Shown: one piece after another, positions 41,396-51,718 of the stretch
How positions within the stretch are numbered: position 1 is the stretch's first letter
How the letters are laid out: each line of letters begins with the position of its first letter
Source of the DNA: an uncultured Bdellovibrio sp.
GTDB lineage: Bacteria; Bdellovibrionota; Bdellovibrionia; Bdellovibrionales; Bdellovibrionaceae
Length of the DNA: 64,000 nucleotides
NCBI GenBank assembly: GCA_963932905.1
Contig: CAWVRN010000002.1
Location: 64,001-128,000 of the forward strand
Reading direction: 5' to 3'
Program-made: the position numbers and the translations under genes
The notes under the pieces: model-generated
What the model saw: the letters and a program-made list of their open reading frames with translations, nothing else
What the model was told of the DNA's origin: nothing
The model's database searches: none

Positions 41396-41839
41396 ATGTC
41401 TGATTATATTTCCGGGATGAGAATTTCAAGTAGTGGTATGACGGCTCAAAGAGCTAGACTAAATGCCATATCTAGTAATATTGCCAACATCAATACGACG
41501 CAAACCCCTGAGGGTGGCCCGTATCGTCGCAAGGACGTGGTCTTTGAAGCCATGCCAGATGCGCGAAACTTCGGGGAAATTTTGACTTCATCGAACCCAA
41601 AATCGAATATGCAACGCGTGCAAGTGACTGATGTTGTCTCGGATTTGAAGGCGCCATTGATGAAATATGATCCCGATCATCCAGACGCAAATCCAGAAGG
41701 ATATGTTGCTTATCCAAACATCAATTTGATGGAAGAAATGACCAACATGATACAGGCGACGCGGGCTTATGAAGCCAACGTTTCGGCACTTCAGGCTTCA
41801 AAGGATATGGCCATGAGTGCGCTTGAATTGGGCCGCTAG
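41396..41839 (+). CDS. flgC: Flagellar basal-body rod protein FlgC
   Basis: NIANINTT..GGPYRRK, YDPDHPDA..GYVAYPNIN, RAYEAN. Confidence 0.97.
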   Translation: MSDYISGMRISSSGMTAQRARLNAISSNIANINTTQTPEGGPYRRKDVVFEAMPDARNFGEILTSSNPKSNMQRVQVTDVVSDLKAPLMKYDPDHPDANPEGYVAYPNINLMEEMTNMIQATRAYEANVSALQASKDMAMSALELGR

Positions 41840-41971
41840 ACAGGGTTTTAGCTGTCTCAGGTTAAGACATACGTCTTAGACTAGTTTGAAAATAGGTACT
41901 TTGTGCCTAGCTAAAGTTACGGTAAAATAATTTTAAGGGCTTAAAGAATTTGAGCCTGGGAGAAAGACACC

Positions 41972-42355
41972 ATGGACGGATTTAACATTAAGAATTCGAA
42001 TCAGTTTCTGAATAATTCGAATTACCTTGATCAGCGGTCAATGAAAGTGACCCCTCCAGCTTCCGAAAAAATTTCTGGAATGAACGGCTCTGGAACAATC
42101 GGCTCCATCGGCCCAACTCAATCCAGTGAACCGGGGAAATCGTTTGCAGCCACACTGAACGAAGCCATCAAAGGTGTAAATGAGTTACAAAAATCAAGTG
42201 ACAAAGCCGCGCAAGATTTAGCGACAGGTAGAACAGATAACGTAGCAGAAGTAATGTTATCGGCAGAGAAAGCGGATGTCGCATTGAGAGTTATGGTGCA
42301 AGTAAGAAATAAAATTATCGATGCCTATAACGAAATCATGAAAATGCAAGTTTAG
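41972..42355 (+). CDS. fliE: Flagellar hook-basal body protein FliE
   Basis: VMLSAEKA...VQVRNKIIDAYNEIMKMQV. Confidence 0.95.
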   Translation: MDGFNIKNSNQFLNNSNYLDQRSMKVTPPASEKISGMNGSGTIGSIGPTQSSEPGKSFAATLNEAIKGVNELQKSSDKAAQDLATGRTDNVAEVMLSAEKADVALRVMVQVRNKIIDAYNEIMKMQV

Positions 42356-42387
42356 TTTAACGGTTGAAGGATTAGAGGGGACGTAGA

Positions 42388-44043
42388 GTGAGTAAATTAT
42401 TCGCTGGTTTGATTATACAATTTAGAGAGTTCTTCAAGAACTTGGGGCCAACCAAACGATTCTCTGTAGTGATCGTTGGTTTGATCGCTGCCTTGTCGTT
42501 TGTGTCCATCATTTTCATGTTGTCTGGAAATGAATACGTTCCGTTGCTAACGAACGTGCCGTCGGATCAAATGCCGATGATCGTTCAAAAATTAACTCAG
42601 AAAAATATCCCGTTTCAATTGAAAGAGGAAGGCAAGACAATTTCCATTCCGAAAGAATTATTGCATTCGACGCAAATGACTTTGATGTCAGAAATTGGTT
42701 CTACAAAAATGGGATCAATTGGTCTTGAGATTTTTGATAAACAGGAATTTGGAGTGAATTCGTACGCACAAAAAATTAATTATCAACGTGCCTTACAAGG
42801 CGAGTTGATCCGTGCGATCAATACATTAACTGCCGTAAAACAATCTAAAGTAATTCTGGCTTTGCCAAATAAGAAAACATTTTTAGAAGAAGGTGGTAAA
42901 CCGTCCGCTTCTGTTGTCGTTGAATTACATCAAGGAAAAGAATTGTCAGCAGAGCAAATTCGTGGTGTTCGTTATTTGGTAGCTAATGCCATCGAGGGTA
43001 TGGATCCAGAAAGCGTAGCGGTACTTGATGAACGCGGTAAAATGTTAACTCAGCATACCGATGGGACAACAGCGGGCTCATCAGAAATTTTAGATCTTAA
43101 AAATAAAATTGAGCGTGAATATGAAGGCCGCATCGAGAGTATCTTGTCTAAAGTAGTAGGACAGACGCGTGTGGTTGCGAAAGTAGAAGCGCAATTAAAC
43201 AATAAAGTTGTTTCTAGTGTTGAAGAAATTGTGGATCCAGAGAAAACGGCGATTCGTGCCCAGCAAAGTGAAGAAGAATCACTGGATGGTGCCCGTACAA
43301 ACCCAGCCGGAGTACCCGGCTCGCGTAGTAACTTACCAGGTGCTGAAGACGCCGGTCAGGTTGGTTTCAAGCAAGATGTTAAAAAAGAAATTAAGACTAC
43401 TAATTTTGAAGTGCCTAAAACGGTTCGAAATGTAAAAGAGGCCGCAGGCAATTTAGAGAAAATTTCAGTAGCAGTCGTAGTCGATGGTCTTTTCCAAACA
43501 GTCAAGAATGATCAAGGTGTGGAAGAAACTAAGTGGATGCCCCGTTCAGCCGAAGAATTGAAAAAGTATGAAGATATCGTTAAAAACGCAGTCGGATTCA
43601 ATGCGGCCCGCGGTGACTCTGTTAAAATTGAAAACATTCAATTTCAACCAGAGGATTTCTCAGAAGCTGAAAAATTATTAACTAATTTAGAACGTCGTAA
43701 ACTTCTACAAGCTCTATTCAAATGGGCATTATTAGCTTTCTCGTTAGCGTTACTATTCATTCTGATCGTAAGACCATTCATGCAGTGGATTACAGATTCA
43801 TTCCAAGATTCAGTAGATGAAATGCTACCGCGCACGATTGAGGAACTGGAAGAATTGCAATCGGTGGATAATACTTTACCGGGTATGTCAGGCGCCTTGC
43901 CGGTCTTACAAGAGTCAATTGATCCAGACAAAGCGGAATCTGAGTTACTTAAAGATCGCATCATGACGTTAATGCAGAAAGATCAAGAAAAAGCAGCCAA
44001 TGCATTTGGTATGTGGCTAGTTAGAAAGGATGAGAATCGGTGA
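42388..44043 (+). CDS. fliF: Flagellar MS-ring protein FliF
   Basis: GLEIFDKQEFG, INYQRALQGEL, PSASVVV, GVPGSRSNLP, AVGFNAARGD. Confidence 0.95.
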   Translation: MSKLFAGLIIQFREFFKNLGPTKRFSVVIVGLIAALSFVSIIFMLSGNEYVPLLTNVPSDQMPMIVQKLTQKNIPFQLKEEGKTISIPKELLHSTQMTLMSEIGSTKMGSIGLEIFDKQEFGVNSYAQKINYQRALQGELIRAINTLTAVKQSKVILALPNKKTFLEEGGKPSASVVVELHQGKELSAEQIRGVRYLVANAIEGMDPESVAVLDERGKMLTQHTDGTTAGSSEILDLKNKIEREYEGRIESILSKVVGQTRVVAKVEAQLNNKVVSSVEEIVDPEKTAIRAQQSEEESLDGARTNPAGVPGSRSNLPGAEDAGQVGFKQDVKKEIKTTNFEVPKTVRNVKEAAGNLEKISVAVVVDGLFQTVKNDQGVEETKWMPRSAEELKKYEDIVKNAVGFNAARGDSVKIENIQFQPEDFSEAEKLLTNLERRKLLQALFKWALLAFSLALLFILIVRPFMQWITDSFQDSVDEMLPRTIEELEELQSVDNTLPGMSGALPVLQESIDPDKAESELLKDRIMTLMQKDQEKAANAFGMWLVRKDENR

Positions 44044-45074
44044 AAGTAGTTAAAGCGGAAAATATAGACTTTGATATTCTTAAGGGGTTTGATAAAGCCG
44101 CCATTCTGCTTAATTATTTAGGCAAGGACGCGGTTAAAATTCTTCTTGGCAGAATGGAAGACGCGGATATCCGTAAATTAATTAACGTGATGAACAAGTT
44201 TCGCGTAGTTCCTGTTCACGTGACTAAAAAAGTTTTGGAAGAATTTTATGAAATGATCAGCGAGACAGATGACTATATCTTCTCGGATCAAATTTCTAGT
44301 AAAGATAGCATTGTCGACGCGGTCGGTGAAGATCGTGCCCGCGGTATTCTGGGTGGTTTAAATATCGGTTCAGCGAACGCGCGTTCATTAGAATCATTAG
44401 AGATGGTCGATGCGAAGTCCTTGGCGAACTTCCTGGTGAATGAGCATCCGCAAACAGTTGCCGTTATCTTGGCGCACTTAGAGCCAGAGAAAAAAGGTGA
44501 GGTTCTAAAGCGTTTGCCTGATACTTTGCAAGCTGAAGTGGTTCTGCGTATGGCCAACTTAGAGCACGTAGATCCTGAGCTAATTGTTGAAATTGATAAA
44601 GTTTTGAAAAACCAATTGGCTAATACTGCCAGTGTCGAGCAGTCAACATTGGGCGGTGTTCAGCCAGTGGCCGAAATGCTCAACGTTATGGACAAAAACA
44701 CAGAAACCTCGATCATGTCCCGTTTGGAAGAAAAAGACCCATTGCTGGCCGAAGAGATCCGCAAGTTGATGTTCGTATTTGATGACATTATTAAAATCGA
44801 TGATCGCGGTATTCAGTCACTTCTTAAGGAAGTACCGAATGATAAACTTCTTCTGGCTCTTAAAACGGCGAACGAAGATATCAAAGCAAAAGTATTCAAA
44901 AATATTTCTGCCCGTGCTGCCGACATGTTACGTGAAGATTTAAATAACATGGGACCATCACGTCTATCCGATGTTGAAGGTGCTCAACAAGAAATCGTCA
45001 ACGTGGCTCGTCGCCTAGAGGCTGAAGGTAAGATCCTAATTGCTAGAGGTGGTTCAGAAGATGCCATGGTATAG
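44040..45074 (+). CDS. fliG: Flagellar motor switch protein FliG
   Basis: KAAILL, EHPQTVAVIL, MFVFDD, NISARAA, DVEGAQ. Confidence 0.97.
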   Translation: MKVVKAENIDFDILKGFDKAAILLNYLGKDAVKILLGRMEDADIRKLINVMNKFRVVPVHVTKKVLEEFYEMISETDDYIFSDQISSKDSIVDAVGEDRARGILGGLNIGSANARSLESLEMVDAKSLANFLVNEHPQTVAVILAHLEPEKKGEVLKRLPDTLQAEVVLRMANLEHVDPELIVEIDKVLKNQLANTASVEQSTLGGVQPVAEMLNVMDKNTETSIMSRLEEKDPLLAEEIRKLMFVFDDIIKIDDRGIQSLLKEVPNDKLLLALKTANEDIKAKVFKNISARAADMLREDLNNMGPSRLSDVEGAQQEIVNVARRLEAEGKILIARGGSEDAMV

Positions 45075-45843
45075 TCGTTCAATTTTAAAAGAAGAAAGAG
45101 CACGCGAGGTCGTAGTTGAATACACTCCGACCCAATTCAATTTAGGCACGCCAGTTCAGGCTCTTGATTACCTAGATGAAATCAAAAAGGGATCTGACTT
45201 TGTTATGAATCCCGTGATCCGCGAACAGACGGGTATTGAAGAAATTCAGCGCGAAGACTTAGATTCTAAGGCTGAAGAGTTAGCTATTCATAAACTAAAA
45301 GACATTCAGGCATCTGCTTATAAAGAAGGTTACGATTTAGGTTTAGATGAAGGCACTAAGCGTGCGTATCAGGAAAAAACTAAAGAAATCACAGCCAAGC
45401 TGCAGGAATTAGATCGTTTGTTAGTAAACGTAAATACGTTAAAAACGGATTTAGAAGTACAAAATGAAAGCCATCTGATTCAACTTGTCTACCACATGGC
45501 TTCGCGTATTTCTATGCGACAGATTGAAATGGATAACAAAATCGTGATCGATATTATGAAGCAAGCGATGAGTTTGGCTCAGGATGAAGAAAACATTACG
45601 GTTCACGTGTCGGATCGTCAGCTTGAATTCATTGAAGATATTAAAAAGAATTCGCATTCTAGAGAGTTTGAATTTTTGAAAAAAGTTAAACTAGAAGGAA
45701 ATCCCGATATCCAACCAGGCGGTTGTATTGTTGAAACAAATTATGGTGAAGTGGATTCACGGATTGAACAACGATTACAAAAACTTTGGGAACATGTCGG
45801 TGAAGCACTTCCTAAAGTTAAAACCCCTATAGAATACGAGTAA
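45061..45843 (+). CDS. fliH: Flagellar assembly protein FliH
   Basis: AYKEGYDLGLDEG GxxxG repeats, GGCIVETNYGEVDSRIE; located between fliG and fliI. Confidence 0.9.
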   Translation: MPWYSRSILKEERAREVVVEYTPTQFNLGTPVQALDYLDEIKKGSDFVMNPVIREQTGIEEIQREDLDSKAEELAIHKLKDIQASAYKEGYDLGLDEGTKRAYQEKTKEITAKLQELDRLLVNVNTLKTDLEVQNESHLIQLVYHMASRISMRQIEMDNKIVIDIMKQAMSLAQDEENITVHVSDRQLEFIEDIKKNSHSREFEFLKKVKLEGNPDIQPGGCIVETNYGEVDSRIEQRLQKLWEHVGEALPKVKTPIEYE

Positions 45844-45846
45844 ACT

Positions 45847-47178
45847 ATGGACGTGGGATCAAAGATCAACATTGAGAAATACAACCAGATTATTTCTAAC
45901 ATCCATTTATCAAAAGATAGTGGCAAGGTTAAGGAAGTTGTTGGTCTATTGATTAAAGGTTATCTACCAGGTGCCGCAGTCGGTGCCGTGGTAGAAGTAT
46001 TCCCTAATGGGCTAGAAAAATCGTTTTTAGCCGAAATCGTTGGTTTTAAAGATAAAGATGTATTGATGATGCCACTGAATGAAATGCGTGGTGTAGGTTT
46101 AGGATCAAAAATTATTCTAGCAAAACAGACAGCGGCCGTGCGAGTCGGTGAAGAGCTGATTGGACGAGTCGTAAATGGTTTAGGTCAGCCAATTGACGGC
46201 AAACCTGATATCGAAGACTTCGAAGAACGTCCTTTATACGCTGAAGTGGTTAACCCACTCGAGCGTGAACCAATTCGTTCACCCATTGATTTGGGTGTGC
46301 GGGCAATTAATTCTTGTTTAACCGTAGGCCTGGGGCAACGTGTGGCTATTATGGCTGGTTCAGGGGTGGGTAAATCAGTCTTGCTGGGCATGATGGCCAG
46401 AAACACGAATGCGGACGTTAACGTCATAGCGCTTATTGGTGAGCGTGGTCGTGAGGTTCGTGAATTTATTGAAAACGATTTAGGCCCCGAAGGCATGAAA
46501 AAATCTGTTGTCGTATGCGTGACAAGTGATCAAAGTCCTTTGCTGCGTATGCGCGGCGCTTATGTTGCCACCGCTATCGCGGAGTATTTCTGTAATAAGG
46601 GGCAAAATGTACTTTTGATGATGGATTCTGTAACTCGTTTTGCTATGGCCCAGCGTGAAATTGGATTAAGCGCGGGTGAGCCACCATCCTCGCGTGGTTA
46701 TACTCCTTCAGTATTTGCACAACTGCCAAAGTTATTAGAACGCGCCGGGAATTTTGAAAATAAAGGTAGCATCACTGGGTTGTATACCACGTTAGTAGAA
46801 GGCGACGATATGAATGATCCCATCGGAGATTCCGTTCGTTCGATTGTGGATGGCCATATTGTGCTGTCACGCGCATTGGCGCAGCGTGGGCATTTCCCAT
46901 CAATTGATGTATTACAATCAGCAAGTCGGGTGATGAAAGCAGTATCAAAACCTGAACACCAAAAGTTAGCCCAGAAGCTTCGTGAAAATTTAGCGATTTA
47001 TAAAGAAGCCGAAGATCTAATTAATATCGGTGCCTATAAACCAGGTGCAAATCCCAAAATCGACAAAGCCGTTAAATTAATTGATGGAATAAATGATTTC
47101 TTAAGGCAGAGGGTAGAGGATGGAACAAGCTTTTCTCAGACGCAGAAAATGCTTCAACAACTATTTGTCGGGAACTAA
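45847..47178 (+). CDS. fliI: Flagellum-specific ATPase FliI
   Basis: AGSGVGKS, ALIGERGRE, MDSVTRFAMAQRE, DGHIVLSR. Confidence 0.97.
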   Translation: MDVGSKINIEKYNQIISNIHLSKDSGKVKEVVGLLIKGYLPGAAVGAVVEVFPNGLEKSFLAEIVGFKDKDVLMMPLNEMRGVGLGSKIILAKQTAAVRVGEELIGRVVNGLGQPIDGKPDIEDFEERPLYAEVVNPLEREPIRSPIDLGVRAINSCLTVGLGQRVAIMAGSGVGKSVLLGMMARNTNADVNVIALIGERGREVREFIENDLGPEGMKKSVVVCVTSDQSPLLRMRGAYVATAIAEYFCNKGQNVLLMMDSVTRFAMAQREIGLSAGEPPSSRGYTPSVFAQLPKLLERAGNFENKGSITGLYTTLVEGDDMNDPIGDSVRSIVDGHIVLSRALAQRGHFPSIDVLQSASRVMKAVSKPEHQKLAQKLRENLAIYKEAEDLINIGAYKPGANPKIDKAVKLIDGINDFLRQRVEDGTSFSQTQKMLQQLFVGN

Positions 47179-47183
47179 GCCAT

Positions 47184-48290
47184 ATGAAAAAATATGCCGC
47201 TTTGGTCTGTTTAATTCTATTGCCTGTTTTGGGAAAGGCTCAAACTCTTCCGGGTAACGTTGCCTATACACCGGAGCAAATCGTAAACGAAAAAGCGAAT
47301 AAAGTTAATGAGCAGAATCAAATGGGTTCTGGCCCAAACGCCGACTATAGTATATTTAATAATTCTCAATCTTCGCATGGAGTGAATTTCTCGTCAGTTG
47401 GTAAAAGTCAGCAGGTGGGACTTGATTTGCATTCTGAAGCAGAAAACTTGCAGGGGCAGGTTATCACAGAACAAAAAGATGCCGGTATATCGGATCCGAA
47501 GGGGTGTAGCGATCGTGGGGCATTAAGCGAATATCACAACAACATATGCACTGCTTCGGATACGTTGCAGGTTATGGGTATCGAGGCCTTAGAATCGCAA
47601 AGTGTATTTCAAGAGTCGGCAACACAAGCATACCAAACAATGGAAGATACCTCTGCATTTCCTTTAGATGGATCAAATCTTGGAACATTCGCCGCGGATA
47701 CGCATGGCCTGCCTACAAATACGAATGTGCTTTACTCAAGTAATAAACCTTCGATCGAAAGCTTTAATACACTCTACAAATCGTTGGATTCAACGGCGCA
47801 GTACAAGGGATTAAAATACAACACAAAAAATGATTACTTCTATTTAGAAGGAAAAAAATATTCAACGTCCGTATTGTATTCTAAGGATGCAATGCTAAAA
47901 GCTGGAATCAACAAATCACTTACAAATTTCGCGTACGCGATGCTGAATAAAAAATCGATTTCGGCGCAAAATAAAATTACTGCAATTCTGAAGGGTAGAA
48001 AACTTTACGACGGAAAAAAATGGAGTATTATTGGTGTTTCTTCAGATCCCAGTGCTTCGCTGGTAGATGATTCTTCAACCCGGCCAGTGATGACTAGTCC
48101 TGAAAGACCTTCCCAGATTCGATCTGGAGTTGTTGATCTTTCGTCTAGTCTGGTCGAGGACAAGACGCTTTATAAAGACATAAATGGCGTATCGGTAGGA
48201 CTTTCCTCTGATGACATTTTCAAAATGATCAGCAGAAAGTACAGAGAAAAAGATAAATTAGGTTTTTTTCACAACTCTCCAAAAAAATAA
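47184..48290 (+). CDS. Hypothetical secreted protein inserted between fliI and fliJ
   Basis: Signal peptide MKKYAALVCLILLPVLGKA; no flagellar motif recognised. Confidence 0.7.
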   Translation: MKKYAALVCLILLPVLGKAQTLPGNVAYTPEQIVNEKANKVNEQNQMGSGPNADYSIFNNSQSSHGVNFSSVGKSQQVGLDLHSEAENLQGQVITEQKDAGISDPKGCSDRGALSEYHNNICTASDTLQVMGIEALESQSVFQESATQAYQTMEDTSAFPLDGSNLGTFAADTHGLPTNTNVLYSSNKPSIESFNTLYKSLDSTAQYKGLKYNTKNDYFYLEGKKYSTSVLYSKDAMLKAGINKSLTNFAYAMLNKKSISAQNKITAILKGRKLYDGKKWSIIGVSSDPSASLVDDSSTRPVMTSPERPSQIRSGVVDLSSSLVEDKTLYKDINGVSVGLSSDDIFKMISRKYREKDKLGFFHNSPKK

Positions 48291-48306
48291 TATAAACTAA
48301 AAGTAT

Positions 48307-48768
48307 ATGAAATTTAACTTCCGCATGCAGAAGGTCCTTGAACACCGCAAGGTTCAAGAGGATCTTGCTAAAACTGACTTTCAATCTGCGCTGATGCGGT
48401 TGAATGAAGAAGTCGAAAAACTTCAATTCATGATTGATCAAAAAAAGAAAGCCCGTGTGAAAAGTTTTGAAATAGAAACGGGTACGCTTGTTCCAAATGC
48501 CTTGCAGAACGGGATTCTGGAAGAATCTTCTCGTTTTCAAAAACTTCAGGACGTACGCATTGAAAAACAAAAGGAAGTCATTGCCGCTTGGGAAAAAGAA
48601 GTCGAGTCCAAACGAGAAATTTTGAAATCGAAGGCGATAGATTATAAAATAATAGAGAAGTTCAAAGATAAAAAGAAACAGCAGTTTATCGATGAAAACA
48701 ACAAAAAAGAGCAAAAAGAAAATGATGAAATTTCGATTTTGCGATTTGCGAGCAGGAATAAAAAATGA
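48307..48768 (+). CDS. fliJ: Flagellar export protein FliJ
   Basis: MKFNFRMQKVLEHR...EQKENDE; coiled coil; position in the cluster. Confidence 0.88.
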   Translation: MKFNFRMQKVLEHRKVQEDLAKTDFQSALMRLNEEVEKLQFMIDQKKKARVKSFEIETGTLVPNALQNGILEESSRFQKLQDVRIEKQKEVIAAWEKEVESKREILKSKAIDYKIIEKFKDKKKQQFIDENNKKEQKENDEISILRFASRNKK

Positions 48769-49643
48769 GAGTACATGAACGTTATCTAGATCAGATGCTC
48801 AAAAAATCCGGTGAAGGCGATTCGCTTAACTTCAACAGAAAGAAAGCGCAGTTTCCTTTGAAAGAGCAGCCAGCTCCGCAAATGAAAAGAAAATTCAAAC
48901 CGTCTGTGACTCGCAGAAAAAATAGTTTTTCACCTACGGCTATTGTTTTCACAATGTTGGGCATCGGTGTTGCCTATTTTGGTTACGAAAATATCGAATC
49001 TATTGAGAAATGGATGAATTCAGTCAATATCACGTTCACGACATCAGCAATGGCCGAAGGCAAAGTGTCAGAAAAGCCAGCCGTAGCCGATAAAGCCAAA
49101 TCGGAAAAGACTGCGACGGAGGCCAAAGGCGAAGCTGCGCCTGCCAATGAAACTAAGTCCGCTGATAATTCAGGAATTGATTTTGATTTCGTAAGAGACT
49201 TCAAAGATAGAAAGAAAGCCTTAGATCAAAAAGAAGAAGAATTAAAAGCTTGGGAAGCGGAAATTCAAACTCAGAAGTCAGAGCTAGATACTAAGATCGC
49301 TGAAATTCAAAAAATCAGAAAAGATATTTCAGCACAGCTTGAAGAGCGAGTAAAAGCCGATCAAGCGAAGATCGATACTTTGGTTCAGGTGTATAGCCAA
49401 ATGAAGCCTTCTCAAGCTGCGAAAGTATTCGAAGCCTTGGACGAAGATTTAGCGGTTGATATTTTAACGAAAATGAAAAAGAAAAGCGCGGCTGATATTC
49501 TTAACTTGCTGAAAGCAGATAAGGCGCAGGTTTTGTCTGAAAAATTTGCGGGTTACACAAGAAAACCAGCATCGGCTAAAGATACAAATACAAACAATCA
49601 AACTAAACCAGAGGGGGCGCCTGTTGAAACAGCCAAACCCTAA
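48765..49643 (+). CDS. MotE/MgtE-N-like flagellar protein
   Basis: TM plus coiled coil, then LVQVYSQMKPSQAAKVFEAL...MKKKSAADIL. Confidence 0.75.
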   Translation: MRVHERYLDQMLKKSGEGDSLNFNRKKAQFPLKEQPAPQMKRKFKPSVTRRKNSFSPTAIVFTMLGIGVAYFGYENIESIEKWMNSVNITFTTSAMAEGKVSEKPAVADKAKSEKTATEAKGEAAPANETKSADNSGIDFDFVRDFKDRKKALDQKEEELKAWEAEIQTQKSELDTKIAEIQKIRKDISAQLEERVKADQAKIDTLVQVYSQMKPSQAAKVFEALDEDLAVDILTKMKKKSAADILNLLKADKAQVLSEKFAGYTRKPASAKDTNTNNQTKPEGAPVETAKP

Positions 49644-49657
49644 CGGAAGGAGGACTA

Positions 49658-51610
49658 TTGAACGTTCAACCGGTTTCGTTCATGCCGAAGCCAGACGCGA
49701 AAGCGCCGAGCAGCATGAATACACAAGAAAACCGTGTCGACGAAAAAGGATTCAGCAAAGAGCTTGAACGTAGAGTGGATGCCCCAGGGACCAAAAAGCC
49801 GGCGGATAAAAATTCCGATAGGCAGCTAAAGACTCCAGGGGAGAAATCAGAAAAGAAAGAAGTGGTTGCTAAAGACACTTCGGTAGAACAAAACACAGCC
49901 GATAAAAGAGTTGTGGAAAAGAAAGTAAAAAAAGATTCAGACGATAAATCTGAATCCGGTGACGGCAAACTGACAAAAAAGGCGGATACTAAAGAAGAAC
50001 GCCTTAAAAAATTCATGGACTCGTTAGAGAGTGAATTTCAAATACCTCCGACTCGAATAGTGGAGGCATTCAGTGAGCTCAGCCCCGAAGAACTTTCGCT
50101 ACCGGCTGATGAATCCATCGACCGTGTTGTTGGTAAGTTAAATCTAGATGAAGAATCAACTGCCAAGGTTAAAGACCTTTATGGCGATCTGGTTCAGGAT
50201 CTAGAAACTATCGACACCAAGCAGACTGAATCTAAATTCGGAATGGCACCAAGTGTGGCCGCGCTAGGGCTGACTCGCGAGCGTTTTGACAAAGTCAAAA
50301 ATCAGCGTGAAGCCTTGCAGAAATCTTTGGATCAAATGAACCAAAGTTTTTGGCAGCCACAAGTGAATCCACAAATCACGACGCCAATTCAAGGTGATCT
50401 AATTGCTAAAGCGCAATTGGCCTCGAAAGGGCGAAATGGTTTAGATTCTTATCGTGATATTTCTACAGAAAACACGTTGCCTAGTGTGATGGCGGGGCTG
50501 ACTCCAGGCGAATTAGCGATGGATCAGAATCGTGAGTTTATATATGATCCGCGCACAGGCGACATGTATAAAATAGATCCCAATGTGATGGCCTCTAATA
50601 ATGAAGGTGATCAGTCATTCAGCGCCAAAGACGCTGCGATGATGGGCGTCGCAGCCGCTCTCGGAATTTCAAAAATGAAATCAGATGCCGGTAATTTAGA
50701 TGGTACGTCCCCAATGGGTCCGGGTTATGGTATGGAAGCATCAAAAGCTGCAATGCCAATGAACCCTAAGCCAAATCAGCTAGCCAATCTTGAATCTCTA
50801 AGTAGTGCACCGACTGATGTTTCTTCTGCGATGCTAGCTAAATTAGCTAACTCGTCGAATTCATCGGGTAGTGGATCCTCTGACTTTTTCAGCAAAGGCG
50901 GCGGCGGTTCTGAATCTCATAACACTCAGGTTTCTGGAAAGAAAACTGACGGCGATGACATGAAGACCATGCTAGCGGCATCATTAGGTGTGGGAGCCGG
51001 TAATGATTTGAAAGAGTCATCGCTAAATTCTGCGCCAATCATGGTGCCAGGAACAAACGCTCAGGTGACTCAAGAAGCCACTGATCGCAATGTCCAGAAC
51101 GTTATGCAACAAGCTCAATACTTGGTGAAAGCGGGCGGCGGCGAGATGAAGGTAAGAATGACTCCTGAAGGCCTTGGCGAAATTCAACTCAGTGTTGAGT
51201 TAAAAGATGGAAAGGTTCAGTTGCATATGGCTGCTGAAAATAAAGAGACCAAGAAAATGTTAGAATCCAGTCTTTCAGATTTAAGAGAGAGTCTTTCTCA
51301 ACAAAAGATTTCTTTAGAGTCGGTCAAAATTGATACGGTTGCACGCACGAACACAGAAAATCATGCGAACAGTAATAACAGCAATCAATTTGGACAGAAT
51401 CAAAATCAGGAAAACCGCGATACGCGACAGTTCTGGAATCAGTTTCAAGATCAATTCGGTGGTGGACGTCCTGGACGTGAATCCCTAATGGATGGATTAA
51501 AAGTCAAAGGATATGCCGCGAAGAAATCAGAAACAATAGCTCCGGCAACGGAAACTAGTTCAGCTGGTCGTTCGAATGGAAAATCTTCAAGTCTAAATTT
51601 AGTCGCATAA
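49658..51610 (+). CDS. fliK: Flagellar hook-length control protein FliK
   Basis: C-terminal MKVRMTPEGLGEIQL...LRESLSQQ; TTG start after GGAGGA; precedes flgD. Confidence 0.85.
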   Translation: MNVQPVSFMPKPDAKAPSSMNTQENRVDEKGFSKELERRVDAPGTKKPADKNSDRQLKTPGEKSEKKEVVAKDTSVEQNTADKRVVEKKVKKDSDDKSESGDGKLTKKADTKEERLKKFMDSLESEFQIPPTRIVEAFSELSPEELSLPADESIDRVVGKLNLDEESTAKVKDLYGDLVQDLETIDTKQTESKFGMAPSVAALGLTRERFDKVKNQREALQKSLDQMNQSFWQPQVNPQITTPIQGDLIAKAQLASKGRNGLDSYRDISTENTLPSVMAGLTPGELAMDQNREFIYDPRTGDMYKIDPNVMASNNEGDQSFSAKDAAMMGVAAALGISKMKSDAGNLDGTSPMGPGYGMEASKAAMPMNPKPNQLANLESLSSAPTDVSSAMLAKLANSSNSSGSGSSDFFSKGGGGSESHNTQVSGKKTDGDDMKTMLAASLGVGAGNDLKESSLNSAPIMVPGTNAQVTQEATDRNVQNVMQQAQYLVKAGGGEMKVRMTPEGLGEIQLSVELKDGKVQLHMAAENKETKKMLESSLSDLRESLSQQKISLESVKIDTVARTNTENHANSNNSNQFGQNQNQENRDTRQFWNQFQDQFGGGRPGRESLMDGLKVKGYAAKKSETIAPATETSSAGRSNGKSSSLNLVA

Positions 51611-51615
51611 TTCGA

Positions 51616-51643
51616 AGGCAAGAGAAATAAAATTCTCTTGCCT
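51616..51643 (+). terminator. Hairpin after fliK
   Basis: AGGCAAGAGAA-ATAAAA-TTCTCTTGCCT, without a long U-tract. Confidence 0.45.
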
Positions 51644-51718
51644 CTACTTACGACTGAAAATGTATCGGTCTAGTCTCATTTTTAACTATTCAGGGATAGA
51701 ATAAAGAAAGGAGTACCT

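Noticed and set aside
48229..48714. 161-aa Phe-rich minus-strand ORF, and similar short antisense ORFs throughout the track
   Set aside because: This one is the antisense of Lys/Glu-rich fliJ codons; the others overlap well-supported genes and carry no motifs.
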